Origin: Callorhinchus milii
Taxonomy: Eukaryota
Direction: 5' to 3'
Assembly (NCBI RefSeq): GCF_018977255.1
Contig: NW_024704743.1
Coordinates: forward strand, 111,416,001-111,480,000
DNA length: 64,000 nt
Every line of letters starts with the position of its first letter. Within the stretch, counting starts at the first letter, position 1. This document shows positions 12,005 through 23,782 of the stretch, one piece after another. A program made the translations under genes and the position numbers. The notes under the pieces were generated by a model, which worked only from the letters and a program-made list of their open reading frames with translations, made no database searches and was not told where the DNA came from.

Positions 12005-12170
12005 CCCTCGCTCCCTTCCTCCCTCCCCATTCTTAAAGTCCAAATCAAGACTTACCTCTTTCCCCCTCTCCATCTCCTCCAGCTCCCATCCCTCGGCTCA
12101 AATGCCCAGACTCTATATAAAGTGCTTTGAGACATCCTCCTGACGTGAAAGGTGCTGTATAAATTGTATA
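12005..12170 (+). mobile_element. L2 3' end fragment
   Basis: Pyrimidine-rich 'ttcttaaagtccaaatcaagacttacctctttcc' then the L2 tail 'aagtgctttgagacatcctcctgacgtgaaaggtgctgtataaat'. Confidence 0.65.
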
Positions 12171-12261
12171 TATTGTGTTTTCCTTGAGGCTTACAGAGGT
12201 CTCTTCTCTGGATTAAATTTAGAATAAGCAGCATTAATGGGATTCATAAACCATTACCACA

Positions 12262-12545
12262 CAGTAACAGGCCATTTGGTCTATTAAGTCTGCACTGATG
12301 TTTTTCTTTCCACATGAGCCACCTCATCAAACTCTTCTCTCTCTCCCTCCCAGTCTGCTTCAAAGTTCCTCCTCTTCATGTCTGTGTATTTCACTCTACT
12401 TTACCAAGGGAAGCCCTGGATTCCTGCCAGAAAACCTCAGATCCATTTAAAGAGAGCAATACAACATACAGTAGACTAAATTCTTCCTCTCCTTTACTTA
12501 TCTCATGCTTAAACATTAGTTTTTCCTTGGAACTAACACCTCTTC
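12262..12545 (-). mobile_element. Degraded CR1 3' fragment
   Basis: 'acaggccatttggtctattaagtctgcactgatgttt...ccacatgagcc' is a CR1 3' UTR in reverse. Confidence 0.45.
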
Positions 12546-12599
12546 TCGGGATCAGTCATGTCACTCTTCTCTCTATTGTCTCCAATCGCTGCAGATATA

Positions 12600-12805
12600 T
12601 AATAATAATAATCCTTGCATTTGATATAGCAACTCGTCACACAGTCAAGACTTTGTAGGATTTTACTGTGAAGTGCAGTGACTGTATCTGTAGGCAAACG
12701 ATTTGTCCTACAAACAGCCATGAAATAAATGACTACATTTATATTTCAAATAATAATAATCCTTGCATTTGATATAACGCATTATTACATTGTTGAGACA
12801 TCTCA
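12600..12805 (-). mobile_element. Two tandem SINE 3' fragments
   Basis: Two '(aat)n ccttgcatttgatata' tails at ~12600 and ~12750. Confidence 0.75.
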
Positions 12806-14677
12806 AATAAATATTAATATTATATGTTGTTAAAAATTCATTACAGTCACAGATCTTTCCCAGTTCATATACCTGGGACATCCTCCCGATGTGAAAGGTG
12901 CTCTATAAATGTAATTTTGTCGTTATTGTTGTTGTTGTTGTGAGATAGATTATTTCTACTCCACAATAGTGAACAAACTCTCCAAGTATCCTGAAGTGAA
13001 AAATTTCATGAACAGAAAAGTCACGGTCAGCTTTGCATCTAGACTGGAGTCCTTGACAAAAAGTGTGGGTCATCACCATCATTGAAAGCTTACCTGACTG
13101 GCCTGTGTCAATCGATAATGATTATCCTGTTCAGACTTTAAAATCTTAGCCTCCCAGCAGACTGTAAAGATAAGGGCTGGTTCTCAGTGTGCAATCGAGA
13201 CTTTAATAGTAGAATCCCAATAAAATGGTTATAAAGAGTTTGTAAATATCCCTGGTAAATGGAGGTCTGAGTTTGGTATCATTGTGCGCACTCTCAATAA
13301 CCTTTACCACTTGTACATTAGGGTATTATGAGCACGAAAGCTGCCAGCTATTGCTGTATATTGCTAGCAGATTAAGGGTTATGAACGAGCTGTAACTCTT
13401 CGTTCCTTCTTCTCTCAGAGATGACTTGCCAGGGAGCTGCAGAGGCACTGCGAGATACTCTGACAGCTTTGTCAGTGCTGCAGAAGGAAGCCCATGATTA
13501 AGGGGGCTAAGAAACAACAGCTCTGTGCTGTGATGCAGCCATTTATATATTTAAATGGCCACATGCCTGCTGAGACGAGGTTTATTTGAATGATGAACGG
13601 GGCTGTTTTGCTTGTAGGCAAAGTTTAAGTTTTTATAGCTGTCAAGTAAAGGGCATTAAAAGATCTAGCATCATCCAATAAAGTGACAGAATGAGCTTGT
13701 TGGGATGAATGGCCTTCCCTTCTCCTACCATCTGACACTGAGACACATTCTGATAAATTATAGAATCATAGAATGCTACAGCACAGAATTCAGTTGTTGT
13801 GTGTGTTGAAAATGAATACCGTCTTTTTAAGGTAATTTATTTCAAACAAAATAATTGGTTTGCAGTACATTTGGGTTTGGGTTACTTAAGAGGTCTGGCT
13901 TTGTAGGGATGTTTTAAGTCTTCAATAAGGCTCTGGAAGAAAATCCCTGGCACTAGTTAGAAGGTGATGTAAATGGCAAGAGCAGGGGGCTGGGGCTTGT
14001 GTTCTACTGAGCTCTAATATTCATAGTTTTGTATCTACAGATAGACACTGAGCATTTCCACCCCACCCCCCACCCACCCAAATATCTGTGCCCTTCGCAG
14101 GAGTGTAATTGTTCCAGCACCCAAGATTATTTGTCCTGTAATGATTACAATTATTTTCTTTTGAAGTGTGGGCCACTTTCTCTGCAGTGACCTAGATTCT
14201 CAAGGATGGACAGTTCCTTATAGGCTGATGACAGCTATTCCTGCCCAAGACCGAGATTTAATTCAGCGAGTGCATGATGAGCTCACAGTATGGCTTCCTT
14301 CACTATGATACTAATAGGCAACACACACTGCTCTACCATACTGAGGGCATCTGTTTTGTCTCAGCCCCATTTTAACATCAAAATGTTTTTAGTTAGATGA
14401 GCGGGGCCTGAGGGGAAATGCCCCTCTATTTTTTCTGTTTCTCTCTCTCACTCTCTCTCTCTCTCTGCAGTGAAGTTCTTGATCTTCTAATGGTACCAAC
14501 TCAATGGCATGTATGAGTGGTCAATTGTGGCCTGAATCTTGACACCCTGGATTATGCTGTTCCTTTTTTTTAAAAAAATAAAAATTGTGTTTCTCAAGAA
14601 CCGGACAAACTAAGTTCCTCATACTGTGTAGGTGACAAGGATTGGAGATCTGAAAGACCAGTAGTCACTTTTATTCA

Positions 14678-15070
14678 TAATAATAATAATTATCTTTTTT
14701 TTCATGTCGAGAGGCCATCTCGAAGCGCTTCACAGGCTTTTCTGAGTGTAGCTTAATGATTGTATTTTGTAGGAGAATGCAACAGCCAATACTCACAGCA
14801 ATGTAACACAAACAGCCATGAAGTGAATGATTAATTTTATTTGGGTGAATGGTGGCCAGGGCACCCAGTAAAACTCCTTTCACATTTTAAATAGTGATAC
14901 AGGATGTTTAATATCCACTTGAGAGTACCTGGATAAAAGTCTCATCCAAACAATGCAGAACACCCCCACTGCACTGGAGTATCAGCGAGACCTCAAAATG
15001 CTGACGTGGGGCTTGAACCCACAACCTTCTGACTCAGAGATAAGAGTGCCACCAACTGAGCCAGGCTGAC
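14678..15070 (-). mobile_element. Near full-length Deu-SINE (tRNA head, Deu domain, L2-type tail)
   Basis: Minus strand: A box TGGCTCAGTTGG, B box GGTTCAAGCC, 'ttggatgagac', 'ggagttttactgggtgccctggcca', tail 'gaagcgcttcgagatg...(att)n'. Confidence 0.85.
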
Positions 15071-15149
15071 ACAAACAAGAAAATCCTATTATAAGCTTAC
15101 CAACTGAAATTGGTAAATTTACCAACAATCACTGAATCACCCCAGAGGG

Positions 15150-15425
15150 TTGAATTCAGATTAATGCAATTAACGACCAGTGTATTAATAGCTAAGAGGC
15201 TCCCTAGGCTGCCAGAGAACTCAGATATATAATCGACCATCAGAGACTCAGAGACATCCCCTAATAAATCTCAAAGGTACAGATGAGCTTGCCTTCCCTA
15301 TTAGACCACTGGACAAAACCATCATTTCGACAAGTATAAGCCACTAAACGAATAGAATCTACCATGAACACGCTAAACTAGTGCTGGATCATGTGCAGAT
15401 CTCAAAACCACAACGGGATAAACAT
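15150..15425 (+). mobile_element. Possible heavily decayed Penelope-type GIY-YIG endonuclease fragment
   Basis: Frameshifted pieces ARELRYIIDHQR / GQNHHFD / KLVL resemble R.L..RI.EHQR, H.FD and R.ILE of PLE endonucleases. Confidence 0.3.
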
Positions 15426-15820
15426 ACAGCCTGTAAAAAGAACAGTATTCTCAGTTACCAATCACTTGCTTTATCCCTCATGTTCCCTTCTTTCTCCTTT
15501 GCTCGGCATCTAATAGCGCCCCTGTGAAGCTGGGCGAGTTGTTATCCCAAGGGAAAGGCGCTCTATAAATACAAGTTGTCCTTGTTGCTTTAGTGGAAAC
15601 TTTCATTCTAGAATGTAAAATAATATCAGGCACCCACACATGCACAGCAAACAGGGATTAATACAGTGATAATCATCACATCATCAATAGAAGATGTGAA
15701 TGAACCCAGGTGACAGCAAGACTGACCCTTGGTGTGGCTTCATTCACCCCCACTCTCATCCACACAACTGAAACATAATGGTTGGATATGAAGCCAGTTC
15801 ATGCCCAGCTGTGGAGTTAT

Positions 15821-16706
15821 AACTTTCTTCAGCTCAACGTGCGCAAAACTGAGGCCCTCCTGATTGGCTCGCGTCAGCGCCTCCGCACCTCAGGCGCTGA
15901 CAGCATCAGCATCCAAGGCTGCACTCTCCACCTCTCAAAGTCAGTCAGGAACCTCAGCGTTCTGTTCGACCCTGAGCTGTCCTTTCTTCCCCATATCCGC
16001 GCCACAACTGGCACCGCCTTCCATCACCTCCGAAACATCGCCAGACTATGGCACTACCTCACCCCTCACGCTGCTGAAACTCTGGTCCACGCCTTTATCA
16101 CCTCAAGGCTGGACTATGGGAACTCTCTCCTCGCCGGCCTTCCTGGCACCTCCCTCCACAAGCTGCAGGTCATTCAGAACTCTGCAGCTCGTGTACTGTC
16201 CCGCACCAGGCTTCGGGACCACATCACTCCCACCCTCGCTCACCTCCACTGGCTCCCCATCCCCCAGAGGATCGAATTCAAGATCCTCATCCTCACCTAC
16301 AAGGTCATTCACGGCCTTGCTCCCTCCTACCTCTCCGACCTTCTATCCCCCTACGTACCTACCCGTACCCACAGTTCCTTTGGCTCCGGTCTGCTCCACA
16401 TCCCCGCCCCAACCGCCCTACCATCAGTGGCCGGGCCTTCAGCCTCTCAGTCTCTCTGGAACTCCATTCCCCAGTGCCTTCGCCTTGCTTCCTCCCTTTC
16501 CTCCTTCAAGGCCAGTCTCAAGACCTTTCTCTTTGACCGTGCCTTCAGCTCCCCTCTCGACTCTCTACCCCTTCCTCGCTCCCTCCCTTTCCTCCCCTCA
16601 ACCTGACCATTTCCCCCTGCTCGGGTCCTGACCCAACTGTCCAGCGCCTTGGGATGTCCTCCCGACGTGAAAGGCGCTCTATAAATGAAATCTTGTTGTT
16701 GTTGTT
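15821..16706 (+). mobile_element. L2 LINE, 5'-truncated (ORF2 C-terminus, 3' UTR, (TTG)n tail)
   Basis: NFLQLN..KTE, HLRNIARL, LVHAFITSRLDYGNSLL, LHWLPI..RIEFKIL motifs; 3' stem AGCGCCTT...AAGGCGCT; (TTG)n tail. Confidence 0.95.
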
Positions 16707-16819
16707 ACTGACTGTGGAGATTGCCAATGCAGTACATTTCTTGGAATAATATCTTAACTCAACAAAGAACTGTGCATTGATTCAGTGTCCTGGCCATAAT
16801 CCCTACAACAACCTCCCAA

Positions 16820-17160
16820 AGCACCCGGACCAAACTCTGTACCCCCATCTCAACAGTTCTGGCCAGCCTCCACTGGCTCCCCATCACTGAATGAATCGAC
16901 TTCGAGGTCCTCACACTCGGGTTCAAATCCATTCACCAACCTCCTCACTTCTCATTTCCCAATCCACTACCCCGCACCTACATTCGACTGGCACCGGCCT
17001 CCTAGTTGTCCCTCGAACCCTCTACTCCACCATTAGAGGTTGCCCTGAAACTGTGGAGCATTCTCCCTCAATCCCTCCGCCTTGTCTCCACCCTGCTATT
17101 TTTTAATTCCTGCCTGAAAACCTTAATTTCCGCTCATGCTTACGGTCACCTGCCATTCTG
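16820..17160 (+). mobile_element. Older L2 ORF2 C-terminal fragment
   Basis: 'ctggccagcctccactggctccccatc...atcgacttcgaggtcctc' = LASLHWLPI..IDF.VL. Confidence 0.75.
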
Positions 17161-17184
17161 GTTGGGTAGTAGAGAGCTGAACTG

Positions 17185-17310
17185 AGGGAGAGAGTCCACA
17201 TTCCATTTTGACAATCTATCCCTGGGATCTCTATGTATTGGTGGGATGAATTCTCAGTTTGGTTTGGATACTCTTAGGTAAGGTGATGTGTCAGACACCT
17301 GGGTAACCCC
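17185..17310 (+). mobile_element. 3' end remnant of the RTE-X-like LINE family
   Basis: 'ttctcagtttggtttggatactcttaggtaaggtgatgtgtcagacacc' is the reverse complement homolog of 29902-29965. Confidence 0.5.
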
Positions 17311-17408
17311 CAAAAAAGGAGCTGAGCATGGGAGCTGGGGGTGTGTCAGGAGGGGGAAAGATGACCAAAAGTACAGTCAAAGAGGTGTGTATCGAGAAGT
17401 GCCTTGAA

Positions 17409-17737
17409 AATAATAATAATAATCCTTGCATTTGATATAGCGCTTTTCATGTCTTCGAGACGTCTCAAAGCGCTTCACGGAATATACTGTAAAGTGAATT
17501 GATTGTATATTTTGTGAGCAAAACGAGGCAGCCAGTTGCACACAGCAGTGTCCCAAACAGTCATGAATTTAGTGACCAATTTTTTTTTGAAAAACTAACA
17601 GCCGGGTTCCTACTTACTGCTAGGTAAACAGAGGGGTGCGGAGTGAGGAAACTTGCCCAACGTTTTGCCTGCCGGGAATCAAACCCAGGTCTCTCGCATG
17701 CGAGGCGAGTGCTCTAGCCACTGAGTTACAGGACTCC
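17409..17737 (-). mobile_element. Full-length SINE type 2 (tRNA head, CORE-like segment, shared 3' module)
   Basis: Minus strand: GGAGTCCTGTAACTCAGTGGCTAGAGC (A box), GGTTTGATTCC (B box), 'ttgggcaagtttcctcactcc...ctgtttacctagcagtaagtagg', (ATT)n tail. Confidence 0.9.
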
Positions 17738-18263
17738 ACGAATATACTGTAAAGTGAATTGACTGTATATTTTGTGGGAAAGGAAGGGAACAAAAAGAGG
17801 GGAGGGCGGGAGGGAGCAAGTAAGAAATGGTGTAAACTGAAACTTTAGCTTGGACACATCTCATCCTCATGGAGAACAGCATCTTCTCACTTATATAGGC
17901 TCAAGGACCAATGCCTCTGTGCTCTCCAGTGAAGAATTGAAGGGGTGACAAATGGCATATTGTGATGTATTAATTAACAACTAAGCTGTCATGTGTAAAT
18001 GGGTTCCTGTTTTCTGGCTCCTCGCCAGAGAGCAAAATATTTATTTTTAAAGCAAACGTGTTGCCCCGCCCCCAAGACTGAGCTGATCCACAATTCGGAA
18101 ACCATCAGTGGTATTAAATTAGGATTTTATTCTAAAAAATTTTTTTCAAAAGAGAATGTAGTCTGGTGCAGAATTAATAACCCTGCAGACTCACTGACCT
18201 ATGTACAACATACAGAGTTATAAAAACTGTGAGGCTTTTTGCTTTACAGATCACCTAAACTAC

Positions 18264-18775
18264 TGTGTTTGTTTGTGTGTGTGTGTGTGGAGGGGTGGTG
18301 TGAAAGAGGTGCATTGTGCGTGTCTGCATTGTATGGGCTTGTGTGTGTATGGAGGAGGATTATTTGTGTGTGTATGTTTGCATGCATATGTTTGTGTATA
18401 TGTATGTGTGTATGTGTGTGTGGTTTTGTGTATGTTTGCACCTGGGGTATGTGTGACTTTGTGAGTGGAATCTTTGTGTGTGTGTTTAGGGTGTGTTTGT
18501 GTGAGTGTGTTTGTGAGTAGGGTGTTTGTGTGTGTTTGTCTGGATGTGTTTGCATGTGTATGTTTGCGTGAGTGTATTTGTGCGTGTGTGTTTGCATGTG
18601 GGGATGTTTGTGTGTGTGAGTTTGCGACTGTGTGTGTGCACACGCGTGGGGGAGGGGCGGTGAAGGATAAATGGTGTGCGTGTGTATTTGCAAGTGTTTG
18701 TGTGTGTATACATATGGGGATGTGTGTATGTGAGTTTGCGAGTGGTGTGCGTATGCATGTGTGTGTGGGGGGGTG
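18264..18775. repeat. Degenerate (TG)n microsatellite
   Basis: ~500 bp of interrupted TG dinucleotide repeats. Confidence 0.95.
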
Positions 18776-19321
18776 GAAGTGGAGAGGTGGGGTAGGATAT
18801 AGAATATGTTTTCTCTGGGCTTTGGTTGCAAGGAAGAGCTCACGCTAATATTTGACATTTCAGATTTGGCTGTCAGTTTAAATTCATGTACTTCATTCCC
18901 ACCTGTGGGTAACATTAAAGGGAGCGTACTCCAAGTATATCAGTAAATAAGCTAAATTTAAATGTGACATAGACAACCTCCTCCTTTACATATTCTCTCA
19001 GAAACATCAAGGACTCGGAGCCTAATGTTTGGGCAATGATGACAACCGCACCAAGGTGTTGGTTGGGAGCAGCTCATTTAATTTTCAGTAGAAGGATGAA
19101 AAATGCGTGCACAGCATATTACACGCAGCACTGGAACATAGCCTGTGGCAAACAGATTGTGATTTTGTACTCAAGCACATTCTCATGTTTAGCTGATGAG
19201 ATGTGCGCTGGGTTCTCTTGTCCTCCGTGATACCTTTCTCATCCAACGCCTACCTCCCACACTCTTGTGGCTTGTTCCTTGTTAGATACTTCAAAGGAAA
19301 CACAGGCATTATTAATCACCG

Positions 19322-19610
19322 GAATCCGTCCTTCAGTTGAGCCGTTAAACCGAGGTGTCATCTGCTTGATCTTCAGGTGGACATTGAGATCCCACAGGCC
19401 CTGCTGGGAAACAAGGAGGAAGTTTCCCTGGTGTTCTGGCTGACAATCCTCTGAATTAATTGGTAATCACCTCACCTCATGGGTATTTGTGGGACCTTGC
19501 TGTTCGCAAGCAGCTGCCCTGTGCACATACAAAAAACAGTCACTACACTTGGAGGTAATTATTTTCGAGGTGCTTTGAGATGTATTGACTTATTAAAGAG
19601 CCATAAAAAT
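19322..19610 (+). mobile_element. Old Deu-SINE
   Basis: 'gagccgttaaaccgaggtgtcatctgc...tcaggtggac...gatcccacagg...gaagtttccctggtgttctggc'. Confidence 0.75.
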
Positions 19611-20264
19611 GCTTGTGATTTATTTATTTGCTCATCTGATGCCGATCAAAGAATTAAAAAGACCTATGTTTCAATTTTAGCTGGTTATTGACAAATTCAG
19701 TCCTGGAATTTGTCAATAACCCATTAAAAATTACTGAAATTGTTGGTAACAAATATACACCCACAACATAACTGAAATTGTTGGTAACAAATACACTCAC
19801 CCACAATACTGGCTCCATCCAGGCTTGGTCTTTGGCATTACTTATTATGGTTCACTTACAAATACACAGTCACTACGCTTCACAAAAAGTTTGTGAAGCT
19901 CTTTAAGATAGTCATGACATTATAGCACTGTCTCATTATTATTATTAGGTACCTTCCAGTTCGCTTTATTCTGGAATAGAAGAGAGTCAATTTGAATGCG
20001 AGGACCTGGGTTAATGTTGCTTTTGGAAAATCAGGAACAATCTACTGATGACTTTGGGCTCAACTATACAATGAAGTTGCTAGAGGTGATTGCCTCCATG
20101 TTTTCAAATACAGGCAGACAGCACCTTGGTTTAACTTCTCATCCAAAGGATGGATTTGTGTCATTAATAATGTTTCTGTTTTCACTGAAGTCTCTAACTG
20201 CCTAAAGTTTCCTGAAGGCAGATGGTCATAAGAAACATACTATTAGGAGGGAAGCGTGAGGGGT

Positions 20265-20390
20265 TCACAAAATAACAAGATTGGTCTGGATGAAGAAGGC
20301 TCTTCAGCCCATGTGATCTCATCCCCCCTGGAACAACCACCCCACTGTCCTCTCATCACAGTATCTAGCTGCTTTTTAAACAGCCTTTAC
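20265..20390 (-). mobile_element. CR1-type 3' tail
   Basis: Reverse homolog of 3885-4042. Confidence 0.5.
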
Positions 20391-21437
20391 TATCTTCCAG
20401 TCATTCCCTGAGCATATAGGGCAGTAAAATAAAGTGTGAGATACACCAAGGTGAAGAGCTTGTATTTCAACCAATCTCATTGCAAATAACATGCCACCCA
20501 GACATGCAGGAATGAGAGGGATCTCTTGGGCTGTGCGATGAACCCTATTCAGTGTATGTTAATGTGATCCGGGAGCATGCTGTAATGGGATGTGTGGTCT
20601 GGGGCAGTGTTGTCGAACCCAAATTTGTACTGAGTCACATGAACAACTGTGTGAGCCACAAATGTCGAAAAATGAAACAAGTCACAGAATTTCCTCCGAA
20701 ACATTTATTTGGAAGCATCTTTTTCAGTTGCAATTGCAATTTGCATGTATTTAACTGACATGCATTTACATATGACGAGAGTAGAGACATCATGGAGTGC
20801 AAGTTATATTCATTTAAATACATGGAAAATAGTTCATGGGAATTGTGCATTTAATATACAAATTTACATTGTTAAATTGTCACTCAAAAAATATGCATCA
20901 CATTGAATTGATTTAATTATTCAGACGAGTATGAATTTGGGTGACTATTTCAATTCAATATTCGAAAAGCCCGATCAGAGAATGTTTTATAAAACAAGCT
21001 TACTTTACAACGTGTTTAAATAGCTATGCACGCAACTCTCTAATCAAATGCAAGGATTATTATTACTGTTGTCAGAGTGCTTTGGTGGGGACTACTTAAT
21101 ACTGCGCTTTCTTACAGAACGATTTAGGGCTACAGCTAGTGCTTCATCCGAGGATAGTACTGTATTCTTACCACAATATTGCACTGTGTATATCAATTTG
21201 GGTTTTAGTCCACAAATGGCTAAATTGTGTTATTATAGAAAATAATACAGGTTTAGTACAGGGTTTGGTTTTGAACTGTTTGTGAAGAGGTCAGTGAGCA
21301 GTACAATAATGAATGTCAGAAGTGCTCTATTTACATGTTAACAACACATTGTTTACTCAAAGTAAAATATTCAACAGAAAATGGCTTTTAGACAGCTGTA
21401 AGGGCTTAAAGGGAATGTCTCACTATGAATACTACTA

Positions 21438-21572
21438 ACGTGCACAAATTGACTGCCGTGTTTGCTTACAAATACACAGTCACTACACTTCACAGTAAAA
21501 TCTTATGAAACATCTTGAGATGACCCCACAATGTGATAAGGTGCAATATCAAATATAAAGATTATTGTTATT
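21438..21572 (+). mobile_element. SINE 3' module
   Basis: 'gtgcacaaattgactgccgtgtttgcttacaaatacacagtcactacac...gtgataaggtgcaatatcaaat'. Confidence 0.8.
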
Positions 21573-21605
21573 TATACCACTTTTTAACCTTTTTAATAAA
21601 CATAC

Positions 21606-22056
21606 TGTTTCTAGCAGAGAAGGATATTGGCACCACTTGTGGAATGACTTTGGTGGAGTAATAACGGATCTGTGGAGAACGCATTTATTTGTTGTATATG
21701 ATTGTGTATCACCAAGTGAAACTGGAAGCAGTGGAATCTTGGGAATCGTGCACATTCGCTTGGTGGCTGCTGGTTTAGTACATATATTGCATGATGTGGA
21801 TCAATAGTAGACAACCACACGATTGTCTGAGGCTCGCATCCGTCTAAAACATGTACCTGATTAAAAGGTTTTGCGGAAGTCAATTCGGTCTGAGTCGAGT
21901 AGTGAGTGACAGCTCACCAACATCCAGGCCAAGAGTACAGAGAATTAGGTTTGAAACAGCAATGTTACTCCACTACATCATAGCGTTTCCCACCGGAGAG
22001 ACTGTTTGTTTGCGCTTTATTTTGCTCTAAGTAAAGATGTTTATTTTCCCCCAACA
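21606..22056 (+). mobile_element. Candidate solo LTR
   Basis: Starts TGT, ends AACA, AGTAAA ~20 nt before the end, more CpG than flanks; no target-site duplication found. Confidence 0.3.
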
Positions 22057-22504
22057 CAGTTCATATTAGTTTATGGCATTCAGAATGTGACAGTATCTCC
22101 CCTTTACATCAAGGTTGACTGATATTCTAAGTTTATTTAAATGATGTTGCAGAGACTGAGACATCATAAAGGCTCCATTCTGTGGGGAGTTAGCATTGCG
22201 GCAGTCTGCTGGCAGCTCAGTGTGTGGAGATGTTGCACTGTGATCCCCAAATGGAGCAGTGGCTCAGTTCTGTGTGGAGCTGCTTGCTGCACACTCAGTG
22301 AAGTGAGAGAAAATATAATCGCCCGCATTTTCATCTTTTTTCCATTGTGACAACTAGTAACTGTAGTGAAGCACCGACGATTAAAGGAGTATAATTGATT
22401 GAAAACTCTTGGCTTATGGGAGAGAGCTTCATAGGATGCTAGGCATGCACATGGCAATAGTTTCGGCAGCCAGAAATTAATGTGATCTGGTGGCAATAGT
22501 TATT

Positions 22505-22700
22505 CACTCTAGAGTCCCTCCGACTCGCTCCTTCCCCCACCTTATTCAAGGACGTCTCAAAACTTATCTCTTTGACCGCGCTTTCGATCATCTTTCTCTT
22601 CCCCACACCCCCCACCATCAGTTCCCATCCCAGCATGTTAAGCTCTTTGGGGGCAACCTTTCACCCGACGTGACAGGAGCTTTATAAATATAAATTTGCA
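22505..22700 (+). mobile_element. L2 3' end
   Basis: 'ttcaaggacgtctcaaaacttatctctttgaccgcgctttc' = FKGRLKTYLFDRAF, then tail. Confidence 0.8.
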
Positions 22701-22822
22701 CTGTATTGTATCACAGGATAACCTGAGTATTGGCAGTCAGCAGTCACTAGCTTGCTGAAGCAGCTGAGCCTCAGAATTTCTCATGGTTACTCATTCTCAT
22801 TCTGTCTCACACATTTCTTTAT

Positions 22823-23205
22823 GGAATCCTTAGCGTAGTAGTTAGAGCACTCGCCTTGGAAGCAAGAGGAGCTAGTTTTGATTCTCAGGCAGTGCGAAAT
22901 GTTAGGCAAGTCTCCTTACTCCACACGCTTCGGTTTACCTAGCAGTAAGTAGGTTGGTCGATTGGCAGATCACTTTTCCGGGGATAATAAAGCCTTCTAA
23001 AAATAATTAAATAAAGAATAATAATTTGGTCACCCAATCTATGACTGTTTGTGAGACACTGCTGTGTGCAATTGGCTGCTGCAATTTGTCTACAAAATAT
23101 ACAGTCAATTCAGTTTACAGTATACTCTGTAAAGCGCTTAGAGACGTCTCAAAGATGTGATGAGGCGCAATATCAAGTGCAAGGATTATTAGTGTTATAA
23201 TATTA
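22823..23205 (+). mobile_element. Full-length SINE type 2
   Basis: Head 'ggaatccttagcgtagtagttagagcactcgcc', 'ttaggcaagtctccttactcc...gtttacctagcagtaagtagg', shared 3' module. Confidence 0.85.
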
Positions 23206-23782
23206 TCCTAAAGATCATTATCTTCAAATTTAAGATTGCATAGAATTTTTGGAAATTTCCAAAATTCAGTCTTAATTTGGAAGTCATTTCTCTGCAGTCC
23301 TCAAACTATTTTTTAAAAAAAATCGATAACTGCGATTTTCACCTCGAAACAGAGGCTCTGCTCATAGCTCTGTTCATTTTACATTCTTCACTGAAAAAGT
23401 CACAAAATTATATCTTGTTCGTAAACATTTGAAGTTGTCTAATTTGCAATATTTGTAAAAAGGTTAATTTAAATTTTTTCTAGCTGTCAAAATGCACAAG
23501 GGAGAGTAAAGTAACGCTCAGTTGCACCATATTGATCTCTTGTCTTTTTCACACTTTGCTGGTTTTCAGAAATGCCAATTAGCTGTTTTGTGAGTATCAC
23601 AAGTTAGGCAACTTTCACTGTTAATTGAAAGTAATTAATAAGGCAAATAATTCCTAATGATCATATATTAATCTGATTTGCAAATGTAATAAATTGTACA
23701 CTAACATTCCCCTTGGAACAGAGATTTGATCACTGTGACTCTGCTTCTCGATTCTTCTGATATATTCTGCTACAAAATGATC

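Noticed and set aside
15864..16631. 255-aa Ser/Pro-rich ORF
   Set aside because: Alternative frame of the C-rich L2 strand
17660..17737. tRNA-like sequences with A/B boxes (also ~15000-15070, 22823-22895, 26060-26128)
   Set aside because: Joined to SINE bodies, with no complete acceptor stem; SINE heads, not tRNA genes
18201..18915. Six overlapping ORFs up to 223 aa (HT- or CV-rich)
   Set aside because: Translations of the (TG)n/(CA)n microsatellite, which lacks stops
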